In this document: in pieces, positions 50,162 through 59,816 of the stretch
Numbering within the stretch: the stretch's first letter is position 1
How the letters are laid out: each line of letters opens with the position of its first letter
Assembly (NCBI GenBank): GCA_050949315.1
Contig: JBMNFL010000001.1
Coordinates: 768,001-832,000 of the forward strand
Length of the DNA: 64,000 nt
Origin: Bacilli bacterium
GTDB taxonomy: Bacteria > Bacillota_I > Bacilli_A > RFN20 > UBA1709
Direction of reading: 5' to 3'
Translations under genes and position numbers: made by a program
The notes under the pieces: model-generated
Told to the model about the DNA's origin: nothing
Databases searched by the model: none
Seen by the model: the letters and a program-made list of their open reading frames with translations, nothing else

Positions 50162-51205
50162 TTAAAAATCAAACATATAGTCTTCTGCTCGCTCAAAAGC
50201 GGTGTTGTTCAATATAAGATCTAAAGAATAGGTATATTCGGCTGAAATGTATTCAATAATAGTAGTCTTGTCTTTTTCGTCGCTAGAAATAGGGAAGGCC
50301 TGCTTTAAAGAAATTCTATATTTGGATTCTGGGAAGTCACGGAAAAGCCGGAATCTATTAGGTATTTTTGAGGTAGTTTTAATCTGGTTTAAATTAGTCG
50401 TTTTGAGTTCGTTTTTACTATTGTAAATATATTCGTTTCTTTTTTCTTCAGAAAGAAATTCTGCTCTATGAATATCAAAATAATTATCATAGTAAGAAGT
50501 GGTTATAATATTTTCGGTTCGCCAGTTTTCTGGCGGCATAGTCATCCAACTGATTTTTTTACTATAGTTATAAATTCTATTTTCTTTATTTTTAGTAGTT
50601 AAAGTTATGGAGACTTTCAAGTAATAAAAGTTTTCAATTTGGGGTTTAAAATTTGGACCAGTAATCATGAAACAGCAATAACTATTGCCCCTAGAATTAT
50701 GAGCGGCAATGATATAGTTTCCTGTCTCGCTGAAGGTTTTTTCACCGGTAAATTTCTCGAAATCCCCGTTATCTTTAGAATAGGCGATGAAAACATTTTC
50801 ACACGAACCACAAGTAATTTCTCCGGTTTCTAGAAAATCATAAGTAACTAGAACTTCGCTTGTAGTTGAAGAATAATTGTCCACGCCATGTAGTTCAATT
50901 ATCGGTAAGGATTCTGGAGGAATGTCTTGATTTGTTTCTTGATAATCGTTAGCTTTTTTCTTTTTATTGATTTTCTTTCTATTTGTATAGGCTTGTTTGT
51001 TTTGACTAGCTCCAGCTTTTAACTCAAAATTGAAGGTGTCAAGTTCTTTCATTTGGTAATCTTGATCAGCGAAAGTAACTTCATAACAAGCGTTTCTCAT
51101 CTCGTAATCAATAATTATTGGTTGTGGCTCTTTTTTGCTGCACGAACTTATTAATAGGCTTGATAAAGAAAGTAGCAGGGCCGCAAAGATAATCCTTTTT
51201 TTCAT
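50162..51205 (-). CDS. Hypothetical lipoprotein, paralog of 29478-30578
   Basis: Lipobox-like LISSC; shared blocks with the 29.5-kb ORF; TGcTATAAT promoter just after the pepS terminator. Confidence 0.8.
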   Translation of the reverse strand: MKKRIIFAALLLSLSSLLISSCSKKEPQPIIIDYEMRNACYEVTFADQDYQMKELDTFNFELKAGASQNKQAYTNRKKINKKKKANDYQETNQDIPPESLPIIELHGVDNYSSTTSEVLVTYDFLETGEITCGSCENVFIAYSKDNGDFEKFTGEKTFSETGNYIIAAHNSRGNSYCCFMITGPNFKPQIENFYYLKVSITLTTKNKENRIYNYSKKISWMTMPPENWRTENIITTSYYDNYFDIHRAEFLSEEKRNEYIYNSKNELKTTNLNQIKTTSKIPNRFRLFRDFPESKYRISLKQAFPISSDEKDKTTIIEYISAEYTYSLDLILNNTAFERAEDYMFDF

Positions 51206-51253
51206 GACTATCCCTTCTTTCCTTTTATGTGACTTCTATTATAGCACTAATAT

Positions 51254-51280
51254 AAAAAAAGACCAGTTTGCAACTGGTCC
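51254..51280 (-). terminator. pepS terminator
   Basis: GACCAGTT-GCA-AACTGGTC followed by T7. Confidence 0.8.
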
Positions 51281-51287
51281 TTAAATT

Positions 51288-52529
51288 TTAAAAAGCGAAA
51301 TTGCCGTTTTTAAAGATTTGAACTTTTTCCCCATCTTTTGTTAAACCCACGATATTAAGGTCTTCTGAACCAACCATGAAGTCAACGTGGATGAAGGAAC
51401 TATTGGCCCCTTCTTTTTCTAGTGCTTCTTTACTCATCGTGGTCCCTTTTTTGATGTTCATAGGATAAGCTCTTCCAAGGGCCAAGTGGCAGGAAGCATT
51501 TTCATCAAAAAGGGTACTATAAAAGAGAATGCCACTTTTGTTAATTGGTGAATCAAAAGGAACGAGGGCGACTTCACCTAGACGACGACTGCCAGGATCG
51601 GTTTCTAATAAGGCCTTAAGATATTCTTTTCCAACTTTGGCATCATATTTAACTACCGCACCATCTTTGAACTCTAACCAAAAATCATCGATGATATTGC
51701 CGTTATTAACTAAGGGTTTAGTGGCATAAACGCGACCATTAACACCATCTTTATGGGGCATGGAGAAGACTTCTTCAGTTGGCATGTTGGGATTAAAGAC
51801 AATCTTACGGCCATCAGCGGTTTTCTCGCTTCCGCCTGCCCACAGATGATTAACGGGGAGTTTAATCCTTAAGTCTGTACCTAATGAATTTGTATAATGG
51901 AGTTCAGCAAGGTCTAAGCGATTGAGAATAGAACAATTTTTCTTCATCCGGTTATTGTGAATTTTCCAGGCCCGAATGGGGTCATTATTCTTAGTGATGT
52001 GAACACACTTGAGAATAGCGTTTTCTAGCTTTTTAAGCGCTACTTTTTCGCTGTCATCTGGGAAGCATTTTTTCGCCCAAGCAAGATTGGGATAAGCAGC
52101 AATAGTCCATTGACCTTTGTTGCCCATGGTATAATTCATCATCTCAGGAGCCTTAGTCATCATAGCGATTTGGGTGGCTTTAATTTTTTCGGGATCAACG
52201 CCCACCATGGCTTCTGGATCTAAGGTTGCGATGGAGATAAGGCAGCAACCACGGTCGATATACCATTTCTCCCGTTCCACTAGCCATTCAGGAATTTCTG
52301 TCAAGGTTTCTAAACTTTGATGGTCAAAGTGAATTTTGACTAGTTGGGGTTCGCCCCAGTCCACGCGAACACTTTTAGCACCGGCCTTGTAGGCTTCTTT
52401 CACAACTTCAAGAGCTAAAGGCTTGGCATCTAGTGAAGCCCGCAAAATGACTGGTTGATCTTTTTGCACATTGGCGCCAGTTTTAACAATTAAATTGGCG
52501 TATTTTTCTAAAATTTCTTTACTATACAT
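51288..52529 (-). CDS. pepS: Aminopeptidase, M29 family
   Basis: NMPTEEVF, LGEVALV, TLFDENASCHLALG, HVDFM. Confidence 0.93.
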   Translation of the reverse strand: MYSKEILEKYANLIVKTGANVQKDQPVILRASLDAKPLALEVVKEAYKAGAKSVRVDWGEPQLVKIHFDHQSLETLTEIPEWLVEREKWYIDRGCCLISIATLDPEAMVGVDPEKIKATQIAMMTKAPEMMNYTMGNKGQWTIAAYPNLAWAKKCFPDDSEKVALKKLENAILKCVHITKNNDPIRAWKIHNNRMKKNCSILNRLDLAELHYTNSLGTDLRIKLPVNHLWAGGSEKTADGRKIVFNPNMPTEEVFSMPHKDGVNGRVYATKPLVNNGNIIDDFWLEFKDGAVVKYDAKVGKEYLKALLETDPGSRRLGEVALVPFDSPINKSGILFYSTLFDENASCHLALGRAYPMNIKKGTTMSKEALEKEGANSSFIHVDFMVGSEDLNIVGLTKDGEKVQIFKNGNFAF

Positions 52530-52583
52530 ATTTTTACCTCTTTTCTTCTTCAATTATTCATCTATTGACTAAAAATTTCAACT

Positions 52584-52614
52584 TAAAAAGGATTGACCGA
52601 TTGAATCAATCCTT
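52584..52614 (-). terminator. Rubrerythrin terminator
   Basis: AAAGGATTGA..TCAATCCTTT followed by T-run. Confidence 0.65.
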
Positions 52615-52628
52615 TCTGTCAAGTACTT

Positions 52629-53168
52629 TTACCAGGTTATAACCCGGACAACAAAGTAGCCGCGATCGTGTTTACAGACTGGGCAGAGCATTGGGGGTTC
52701 AGTACCTTCCCAAAGCTTACCGCAGTTGGTACAAATCCAAACGGTTTTTTCCCGTTTCTTAAATACGGTACCTTCAACGACACTTTGTTTTAATTTTCTA
52801 AATCTTTCCTCATGTGTTTTTTCAATCTTAGCAACTTCGTCGAAAAGATAGGCTAATTCAGTAAAGCCTTCTTCTTTAGCGACCTTAGCAAATTCGGCAT
52901 ACATAGTGGTCCACTCATAGTTTTCACCGTTAGCGGCATCTTCAAGATTATCAGCCGTTGTGGGGATTTCACCACCATGCAGGGCCTTAAACCAAAGTTC
53001 AGCGTGTTCTTTTTCATTGCCGGCGGTTTCTTCAAAGAAAGCGGCAATTTGGTTATAGCCTTCTTTTTTCGCTTTTGAAGCATAATAGGTATACTTATTG
53101 CGAGCCTCAGACTCGCCAGCAAAAGCCGTCATCAAATTTTTCTCAGTTCTACTACCTTTTAAATTCAT
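52629..53168 (-). CDS. rbr: Rubrerythrin
   Basis: [42 protein letters not shown]. Confidence 0.95.
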   Translation of the reverse strand: MNLKGSRTEKNLMTAFAGESEARNKYTYYASKAKKEGYNQIAAFFEETAGNEKEHAELWFKALHGGEIPTTADNLEDAANGENYEWTTMYAEFAKVAKEEGFTELAYLFDEVAKIEKTHEERFRKLKQSVVEGTVFKKREKTVWICTNCGKLWEGTEPPMLCPVCKHDRGYFVVRVITW

Positions 53169-53320
53169 ATTTTTCCCTCCTTATATATTCGTTTTAATTA
53201 TAACATTCAAAAAAACAATAGACAAATAGAATGCTTAAGAAAAGAAAGTTAAATAAAGGACTAGGCCTTTTGCTTGTCACTATTTGTGGAATGTAGTAAA
53301 CTTTCCATGGAGGATAACAA

Positions 53321-53908
53321 GTGACCAATAAAAGAAAAAAGATTGATCTGAACATCGAAGAGTATCTAGAAGACATTGAAAATGTCAAACTTGAAATCTC
53401 AGATTTTCAGCGAAACAAAAAAGAATTAGAAGCTATTACTAAGAGCATACCCTTTGAAGATATTGATCAATATATGCTCGCTTTTCGCAAGTTCTTGCGC
53501 CTTTTAGAGTACCCATATGTAAAAATGCATCGCCGAGAAAAAGAAAGACTAATTGTCGCAAAAAATCACGAACTAAAACAAGAACTCTATTGGTTTTTAG
53601 ATGATACCGAACACCTTGCTGAAATTGAGTTAGAAAACTTCCAAACCTGGATCAATCACTTACGGCCAGTAGATGCTCATGTTGTTTATCCAGATTTTGA
53701 AGAAAACATCCCAAATAAATTAAGAAGACAAAGTAAAAAATATGGTTTTGATATTTTTGTTTACGATATCTTAATTGTAGAAGGGGCCAAAATGTTGAGT
53801 TTTTTAGAAACGATAATTGCTAAAGAAAAAGAATTGTTACGTAATATAAAAGCGATGATTAAATTAATTAAAGCCAGTCAAGAGGTTGAGACCCGCATTC
53901 TCAATTAA
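53321..53908 (+). CDS. Hypothetical protein
   Basis: GGAGG RBS with GTG start; 195-aa ORF leading into ispF; no family recognised. Confidence 0.7.
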   Translation: MTNKRKKIDLNIEEYLEDIENVKLEISDFQRNKKELEAITKSIPFEDIDQYMLAFRKFLRLLEYPYVKMHRREKERLIVAKNHELKQELYWFLDDTEHLAEIELENFQTWINHLRPVDAHVVYPDFEENIPNKLRRQSKKYGFDIFVYDILIVEGAKMLSFLETIIAKEKELLRNIKAMIKLIKASQEVETRILN

Positions 53909-53923
53909 AAAGGAAAGATAATT

Positions 53924-54412
53924 ATGTATCGAATCGGAAATTCTATTGATATTCATCCTTTAAGCAAAGGGGCAAAACTACGCATCGGCGGAGTAGAGGT
54001 TCCCGCGCCTTTTGGTTCTATCTCGCATTCTGATGGCGATGCCTTGAGTCATTCTATTGCCGAGGCAATTTTAGGGGCACTCGGTCAGGGAGATTTAGGG
54101 CAATCTTTTAGTGATAAAGATGAGAAGTATCGCGGGATAAGTTCGCTTTACTTTTTAAAGGTTTGCAAAGAAAAACTGGCAAACAGTGCTTACAAAATCA
54201 GCAATATTGATACGATGATTGTTCTAGAAGAGCCCAAACTTGGCAGTTACAAAGAAGCCGTTAGAGAAAGTGTAGCTAAAGCTTTAGGAATTGAAAAAGA
54301 AAAGGTCAATATCAAGGCTGGGACCAATGAAGGTATTGGCAGTATCGGTAATAAAAAAGCTTACCTTGTTTGGACGACGGTTTTGCTTGAAAAAGAGGAA
54401 GAGAATAAATGA
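53924..54412 (+). CDS. ispF: 2-C-methyl-D-erythritol 2,4-cyclodiphosphate synthase
   Basis: RIG..DIH, HSDGD..H..AILGA..GD.G..F, NIKA.T.E. Confidence 0.92.
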   Translation: MYRIGNSIDIHPLSKGAKLRIGGVEVPAPFGSISHSDGDALSHSIAEAILGALGQGDLGQSFSDKDEKYRGISSLYFLKVCKEKLANSAYKISNIDTMIVLEEPKLGSYKEAVRESVAKALGIEKEKVNIKAGTNEGIGSIGNKKAYLVWTTVLLEKEEENK

Positions 54413-55629
54413 AATTTAAGAAATTGGCAAGAACGGAAGTTTTTAGGGATCCGGTCTATGGTTATGTCTATGTTGATTATCAAATCATCGTAGATTTAAT
54501 TAATACCAAAGAGATGCAACGGATGAAAAGAATCCACCAGTTAGGGGGAACGTTACAAGTCTTTTCTACAGCTGAACACTCTCGTTTTACGCATTCGTTA
54601 GGGACTTATGAAATCGCTCGTCGCATCCTCGAAAGTTCACAAGAAGTTCGCTCCAGTTTAAGCGAAGAAGAAGTGATTATTACTCTATGTGCGGCCTTGC
54701 TACACGACATTGGACATGGACCACTGTCTCACGCTTTTGAGATGATTCACCCCATTAAGCATGAGGATTATAGTTGTTTAATTATTACGGGAGACACCGA
54801 AGTAAATCGAGTCTTAAAAATGGCCGATAAAAATTTACCAGCCAAGATTGCTCAAGTTATAAACCACACTTATCCCAATCCTATTCCTGTTCAATTAATC
54901 TCTAGTCAGCTGGATGTTGATCGTTTAGACTTTTTGCTAAGAGATGCTTATTTTACAGGAACGCCTTACGGTCATATTGATTTAGATCGCTTGTTAAGAG
55001 GGATTACGGCTATTGAGGGGCGTTTAGTCTTTAAAGAGAACAATGTCTCTAATATTGAAAACATCATCCTTGGTCGTTACCACATGTATACCCAAGTCTA
55101 TTTCCATCCTGTGGCTTACTGCTATGAAGTCTTGGTGATGAGCACACTTAAACGTTACTTTGACTTGCTTAAAAGTGGATATCAATTTAAGCACCCCTAT
55201 ACTTATTTAGAGCCCCTTGCTAGCGGTGAGGTATTAGATCTAAAGACTTATATTACTTTGGATGATGGGGTTATTGGTTATTATATGCACACTTTCAGCG
55301 AAGAAGATGATCCAATTCTCGCGGATTTAAGTGAACGTGTTTTAAATCGCCATAATCTAAAATATAAGTACATTAAAACCGAAAAAGAGGTCGCGGCCAT
55401 TAAACAAAGTGTCATTCAAAAAGGCTATGACCCAGCCTATTATTTCCATTACGGAGAATTATCACAACAAGTTTATAAGAAATATGGTCGCAATGATGTC
55501 AATGCGATTCTTATTAAGAAAAAAGAGAGTGGAGAACTAGTCGAACTAAATAAAATATCACCCATTGTTAAGGTGATTGCCGCCAAAGACGTCACTAACG
55601 CGAATAGTAAAATAGTAGTTTACATTTAG
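54409..55629 (+). CDS. HD-domain dNTP triphosphohydrolase (YwfO/SAMHD1-like)
   Basis: DPVYG, QRMKRIHQLG, HSRFTHSLG, LLHDIGHGP.SH, LDVDRLDFL.RD. Confidence 0.9.
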   Translation: MKFKKLARTEVFRDPVYGYVYVDYQIIVDLINTKEMQRMKRIHQLGGTLQVFSTAEHSRFTHSLGTYEIARRILESSQEVRSSLSEEEVIITLCAALLHDIGHGPLSHAFEMIHPIKHEDYSCLIITGDTEVNRVLKMADKNLPAKIAQVINHTYPNPIPVQLISSQLDVDRLDFLLRDAYFTGTPYGHIDLDRLLRGITAIEGRLVFKENNVSNIENIILGRYHMYTQVYFHPVAYCYEVLVMSTLKRYFDLLKSGYQFKHPYTYLEPLASGEVLDLKTYITLDDGVIGYYMHTFSEEDDPILADLSERVLNRHNLKYKYIKTEKEVAAIKQSVIQKGYDPAYYFHYGELSQQVYKKYGRNDVNAILIKKKESGELVELNKISPIVKVIAAKDVTNANSKIVVYI

Positions 55630-55650
55630 GAGGTAGAACCTCCTTTTTTA
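55628..55650 (+). terminator. Intrinsic terminator
   Basis: AGGAGGT-AGA-ACCTCCT followed by T-run. Confidence 0.7.
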
Positions 55651-55706
55651 ATTTTAAGGGCGGTTTTTAGATGATAAACAAGCAATAAAAGACCGAGAAA
55701 ATCATA

Positions 55707-55720
55707 TGAAAGCGTTTCCA
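55707..55720 (+). promoter_or_regulatory. cre-like (CcpA/LacI-family) site upstream of the opp promoter
   Basis: TGAAAGCGTTTCCA fits TGNNANCGNTNNCA. Confidence 0.55.
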
Positions 55721-55736
55721 ACCTTTTCCGCTCTTA

Positions 55737-55765
55737 TTGAATTGACTATTAAAAAAGTTTATAAT
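55737..55765 (+). promoter_or_regulatory. SigA promoter of the opp operon
   Basis: TTGAAT-17 bp-TATAAT. Confidence 0.65.
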
Positions 55766-55815
55766 CAACTCAACCTATTAAAAATAGGTGGAAATTTAGA
55801 AAAGGAGGAAAACAC

Positions 55816-58005
55816 ATGAAAAAATCTAAATTTGGTTATTTAGTGCTTTTATCAGCTTTAGCTGTTATACTCGCTTCCTGTGGGAAGAAACCAAGCTCTT
55901 CCGCAGAGGTTCCATATACACGCGCTGATGAAGGCACTACATACACAGAAGCTTTAGGCGCGTATGAAGCCAAGCTTGATGCAGCACTTCAGGCAGATAC
56001 AGTCGACAAAAAATTTGTTCTCTATGCTCAAGCTGAAGCCTTATTACTAGAGTCTGCTGTTTTTGTTCCAACAACAACGGATGGCGGCGCCTATACGATT
56101 TCAAGAGTTGCTCCCAGAACAGTTCCTTATGTTCAATGGGGTAGTGACGCAGATCGCTTCAAAAGCATGGTCGCCACAAAGGGCTCAGGAAAAACAAGTT
56201 TTATTACGCATGCTCAAAGAAATCAGTTACTTGCTGCATGGCAAGCCGCAGTTGATAGTGGTGATCCCGCTGATTATGATCCTGCAACCATGTTGACAGG
56301 CTGGGGACACACACTAGCTACTGATTACAAACTTACCTTCAGTACAGGCCCAGTGACAATTGACATCGTCAATACTTCACATCAAACTGACAGTGAAATT
56401 CTAGTTAACTGTGTTGATGGTCTAGTTGAGTACAATGGTCTAAGCCAATTAAAACCAGCGATTGCCAAAGATTGGGTAGTTTCTGATGGTGGTAAGAAGT
56501 ATACTTTCAATCTCAGAGAAGATGCCTATTGGTACAAATCAACTGGTGAAGTCTATTCACAGGTCAAAGCTGAAGACTTTGTAGCTGGCTTCCAGCACAT
56601 GCTTGATGCCAAGGCGGGTCTAGAATGGTTAGTTGAAGGCGTTGTTAAAGGCGTTTCCGAATACCTAGAAACAGATGGTAAGGGTGATAGTCCAACATTT
56701 GCCAACGTCGGTTATAAAGTTGGAGCCAATGCTCATCAATTAGTCATTGAACTAGAGCGTGAGACTTCTTACTTCCCAACAATGTTAACCTATTCTTGCT
56801 TCATGCCAATTTGTAAACAATACTTCGAAGCGGTTGGTGGAGTCTATGGTGTTGACAAATATGCAAATCGTGACACCGCTACGTACAAATTCGGTCTTGC
56901 TACCGATGTTACCAGCAACGTTTACAACGGTGCTTATCGTTTAACAAAGTTAACAGACAAGTCCGAGATTAAAATTGAAAAGACCGGAACAGCTGAAAAA
57001 CCATATTATGATGAAGCTGATCGTCGCATGGACTCTGTAACCTGGGTTTATGACGATGGACAAACCCCACTACAAACATACCAATCTGTAGTTGATGGTA
57101 CATATGCTGGAATTGGTTTGAGCAAATCACTTGGAACAATTGAAAAAGCCCAAACCGACGGATTCTTCGGCACCAAGAAAGCCGATGGTACCTATGATAT
57201 TACAAGCGAAGGAAGCTATGTCTATATCTCTGACACCACTTCTACATCCTTCTTTGGTGGTCTAAACGTTGCTAGAGGAACGTTTGAACTCACTAATGGC
57301 AATGCTAAATCACCTAAGGATGGTCAAGCCAAGGTAGATACCGCCAAAGCTTTATTGAATAAGAACTTCCGTAAGGCTATTGCCTATGCTTGGGATAGAA
57401 CAACTTGGAATGGCGTAACCAGAGGAGCGGAATTAGCTAAGACCAACTTAAGAAATATGTATGTTCACCCAGAGTTCGTTAGATTAGAAGGCGAAGTTGT
57501 CGCCGCGGCTGACGCAACCAACAAATTCTTTGCTCATACTTTTGCAGCCGGAACTGCTTATGGCGAAATGGTTCAACAATATCTAGAAGATCTAGGTAGT
57601 CATATTCAGGTTGCTGATAAGGAAGATGGTTGGTACAACTTAGATGTGGCCAAAGCAAGAATGTACGATGCTATGCAAGAATTAGGAACAACCGTTTCCT
57701 ATCCAATTCAACTAGATGTCGTTTACTACTCTCCGAATTCAGGTAATACCGCTCAAGCTCAGTCATTCAAGCAACTAATTGAAGGTGCTTTAGGTGCCGA
57801 TAAGGTTCAAGTTAACCTAGTTGAAACCGCAACAACTGATGATTTCTATGCTTGTGGTTATAGAGCTCCAGATGGTGCTTCTGGCAACTTTGATATCTTC
57901 TACGGTTCTGGTTGGGGACCAGACTATGGCGATCCTTCAACCTACCTTGATACCTTCAGAGGTAACGGCGAAGGCTACATGACAAAAGTCATCGGTCTAT
58001 TCTAA
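55816..58005 (+). CDS. oppA: Oligopeptide-binding lipoprotein (AmiA/OppA type, apparently circularly permuted)
   Basis: Lipobox LASC; NCVDGLVEY, YTFNLREDAYW, AEDFVAG, NKNFRKAI, GWGPDYGDPSTYLD. Confidence 0.9.
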   Translation: MKKSKFGYLVLLSALAVILASCGKKPSSSAEVPYTRADEGTTYTEALGAYEAKLDAALQADTVDKKFVLYAQAEALLLESAVFVPTTTDGGAYTISRVAPRTVPYVQWGSDADRFKSMVATKGSGKTSFITHAQRNQLLAAWQAAVDSGDPADYDPATMLTGWGHTLATDYKLTFSTGPVTIDIVNTSHQTDSEILVNCVDGLVEYNGLSQLKPAIAKDWVVSDGGKKYTFNLREDAYWYKSTGEVYSQVKAEDFVAGFQHMLDAKAGLEWLVEGVVKGVSEYLETDGKGDSPTFANVGYKVGANAHQLVIELERETSYFPTMLTYSCFMPICKQYFEAVGGVYGVDKYANRDTATYKFGLATDVTSNVYNGAYRLTKLTDKSEIKIEKTGTAEKPYYDEADRRMDSVTWVYDDGQTPLQTYQSVVDGTYAGIGLSKSLGTIEKAQTDGFFGTKKADGTYDITSEGSYVYISDTTSTSFFGGLNVARGTFELTNGNAKSPKDGQAKVDTAKALLNKNFRKAIAYAWDRTTWNGVTRGAELAKTNLRNMYVHPEFVRLEGEVVAAADATNKFFAHTFAAGTAYGEMVQQYLEDLGSHIQVADKEDGWYNLDVAKARMYDAMQELGTTVSYPIQLDVVYYSPNSGNTAQAQSFKQLIEGALGADKVQVNLVETATTDDFYACGYRAPDGASGNFDIFYGSGWGPDYGDPSTYLDTFRGNGEGYMTKVIGLF

Positions 58006-58213
58006 TATTCAAAACATTCAATGAATTTTGATTATTATAATTTAGACTAGTTACACACATATAGGAGGACATGGTTATTTGCTACTATGCCCTCCTTATG
58101 TTCGTTAAATAGTAAAAATAAAGAAACAATAGATAGGCTATTTTAATCTTGAAAAGAATAGTTGGAAGTCTATTTTTCTCAAGATTATTAAATACCAAAA
58201 GGAGATGGTATAG

Positions 58214-59815
58214 ATGAAGAAGTACTTATTTAAAAGAATCTTATTCTCTATTTTCTCATTGTTGGCGGTTGTTTGTATCGTGATGATTTTGGTTTACTCT
58301 TTGATCGACAGAAAAGTTATTTTCCAAAACGACGATGCTTGGAACAAGCGCTCAGCTAATGATAGAACAATGTATGAGTACAATAAATGGGCAAAATATG
58401 ATTATCTAGATTATGAAGAGTATAATGCATTTTTACTCACAAAGTTTAAAGCTGAATATGGCGAGGATTATGCTGATAATCCAACCATAAAGGCCAAATA
58501 TGACCAAGCATTAGGCTCAATAAATGCCGCCGTTTATAAAGACGTTGATGATATCAATAATGATTATGTCAAGCAGTTTTTGGCTGAATATAGATCCAAA
58601 AAGTATGAAATAGTTTATATGCCAAGGGTTGAATATAGTGGTGGACGAGTTGCTAAAGGAGGCACGGCTCGTTTAATTGCCGTTCATCAAAAGAGCGTTT
58701 TTATTCGCTTGTTTAATTTCCTTGGTCAAATGGTAACTTTTGAAACAGTTAATGATGTTAAAGATCCTAATTTAACTGATCGCTATGTTAAAGTTGTTTG
58801 GGACGATATGTCCAATATGCCGGCCTTAGTCGGCTCAGGGACAACTCATAAATATCTAATTTATTTTGATGATAGTTTTCCTTATATTCACCAGAATATA
58901 GTTCATTTTGGCTTAGGTGTTTCTTCCACTCAATATGAAGGTTCTCCGATTGTCGAAGGCGTTATGGGAAAAGCGACAGGTGATTACATTTATCGCGATC
59001 AAGAATATCCTGCTCAAATAGGAACGGGAATTAAAAGTAATAATGCTTATGATTTCCACACAGTTACTTATTCTCCGATTTTTTCAGAGTTTGAAGAAGG
59101 AAAATATAACGATAATTATACTCAACCAAGCGCAAGGATAGGCGGACTGACAAGAATTGGCAATTCCTTTGTTATTGGTATTATTGCTACCATTGTTGCC
59201 TATATCTTTGGCCTTCCAATTGGAATCTTTATGGCTCTAAAGAAAGATAAATTGGTTGATAAATTAGGGATGATGTATATTATCTTTATTATGGCCGTTC
59301 CATCGCTAGCATATATCTTCATTTTCTCTACAATTGGCACAACCTTATTTAAATTACCTTATAAATTTGCTAACGCACAGGTGCCGATTCTGGCGTATAT
59401 TTTACCGACTATCTCTTTGGCCTTACCATCTATCGGTGGATTGATGAAGTGGATGCGTCGTTATATGATTGACCAGATGAATAGTGATTATGTTAAATTT
59501 GCTAGGGCTGAAGGCTTGAGTGAAAGAGAAATTTTCTCTAAACACATTTCTAAAAACGCGATGATTTATCTCGTGCATGGTATTCCAGCCAGTATTTTAT
59601 TTTGTTTAACAGGAGCCATTATTACCGAGTCGGTTTATGGTGTGCCAGGTATTGGTCGAATATTAACCGATGCTATCACATTCCATGATAATGGCTTAAT
59701 TGTCGCGGTAACGGTGTTCTACACTTTCCTTTCAATAGTGGCCTTAATTTTAGGTGATCTTTTGTTAGCAAAATACGATCCTCGTGTTTCTTTCACCGAG
59801 AAAGGAGGTCGTTAG
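58214..59815 (+). CDS. oppB: Oligopeptide ABC permease (AmiC/OppB type)
   Basis: WMRRYMIDQMNSDYVKFARAEGLSE (EAA loop); large extracellular loop. Confidence 0.92.
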   Translation: MKKYLFKRILFSIFSLLAVVCIVMILVYSLIDRKVIFQNDDAWNKRSANDRTMYEYNKWAKYDYLDYEEYNAFLLTKFKAEYGEDYADNPTIKAKYDQALGSINAAVYKDVDDINNDYVKQFLAEYRSKKYEIVYMPRVEYSGGRVAKGGTARLIAVHQKSVFIRLFNFLGQMVTFETVNDVKDPNLTDRYVKVVWDDMSNMPALVGSGTTHKYLIYFDDSFPYIHQNIVHFGLGVSSTQYEGSPIVEGVMGKATGDYIYRDQEYPAQIGTGIKSNNAYDFHTVTYSPIFSEFEEGKYNDNYTQPSARIGGLTRIGNSFVIGIIATIVAYIFGLPIGIFMALKKDKLVDKLGMMYIIFIMAVPSLAYIFIFSTIGTTLFKLPYKFANAQVPILAYILPTISLALPSIGGLMKWMRRYMIDQMNSDYVKFARAEGLSEREIFSKHISKNAMIYLVHGIPASILFCLTGAIITESVYGVPGIGRILTDAITFHDNGLIVAVTVFYTFLSIVALILGDLLLAKYDPRVSFTEKGGR

Positions 59816-59816
59816 T

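Noticed and set aside
58062-58112. 13-codon ORF after AGGAGG in the oppA-oppB gap
   Set aside because: SD is only 2 nt from the ATG and buried in a hairpin.
58214-59150. Unusually long OppB extracellular loop
   Set aside because: Typical of AmiC-type permeases, so not novel by itself.
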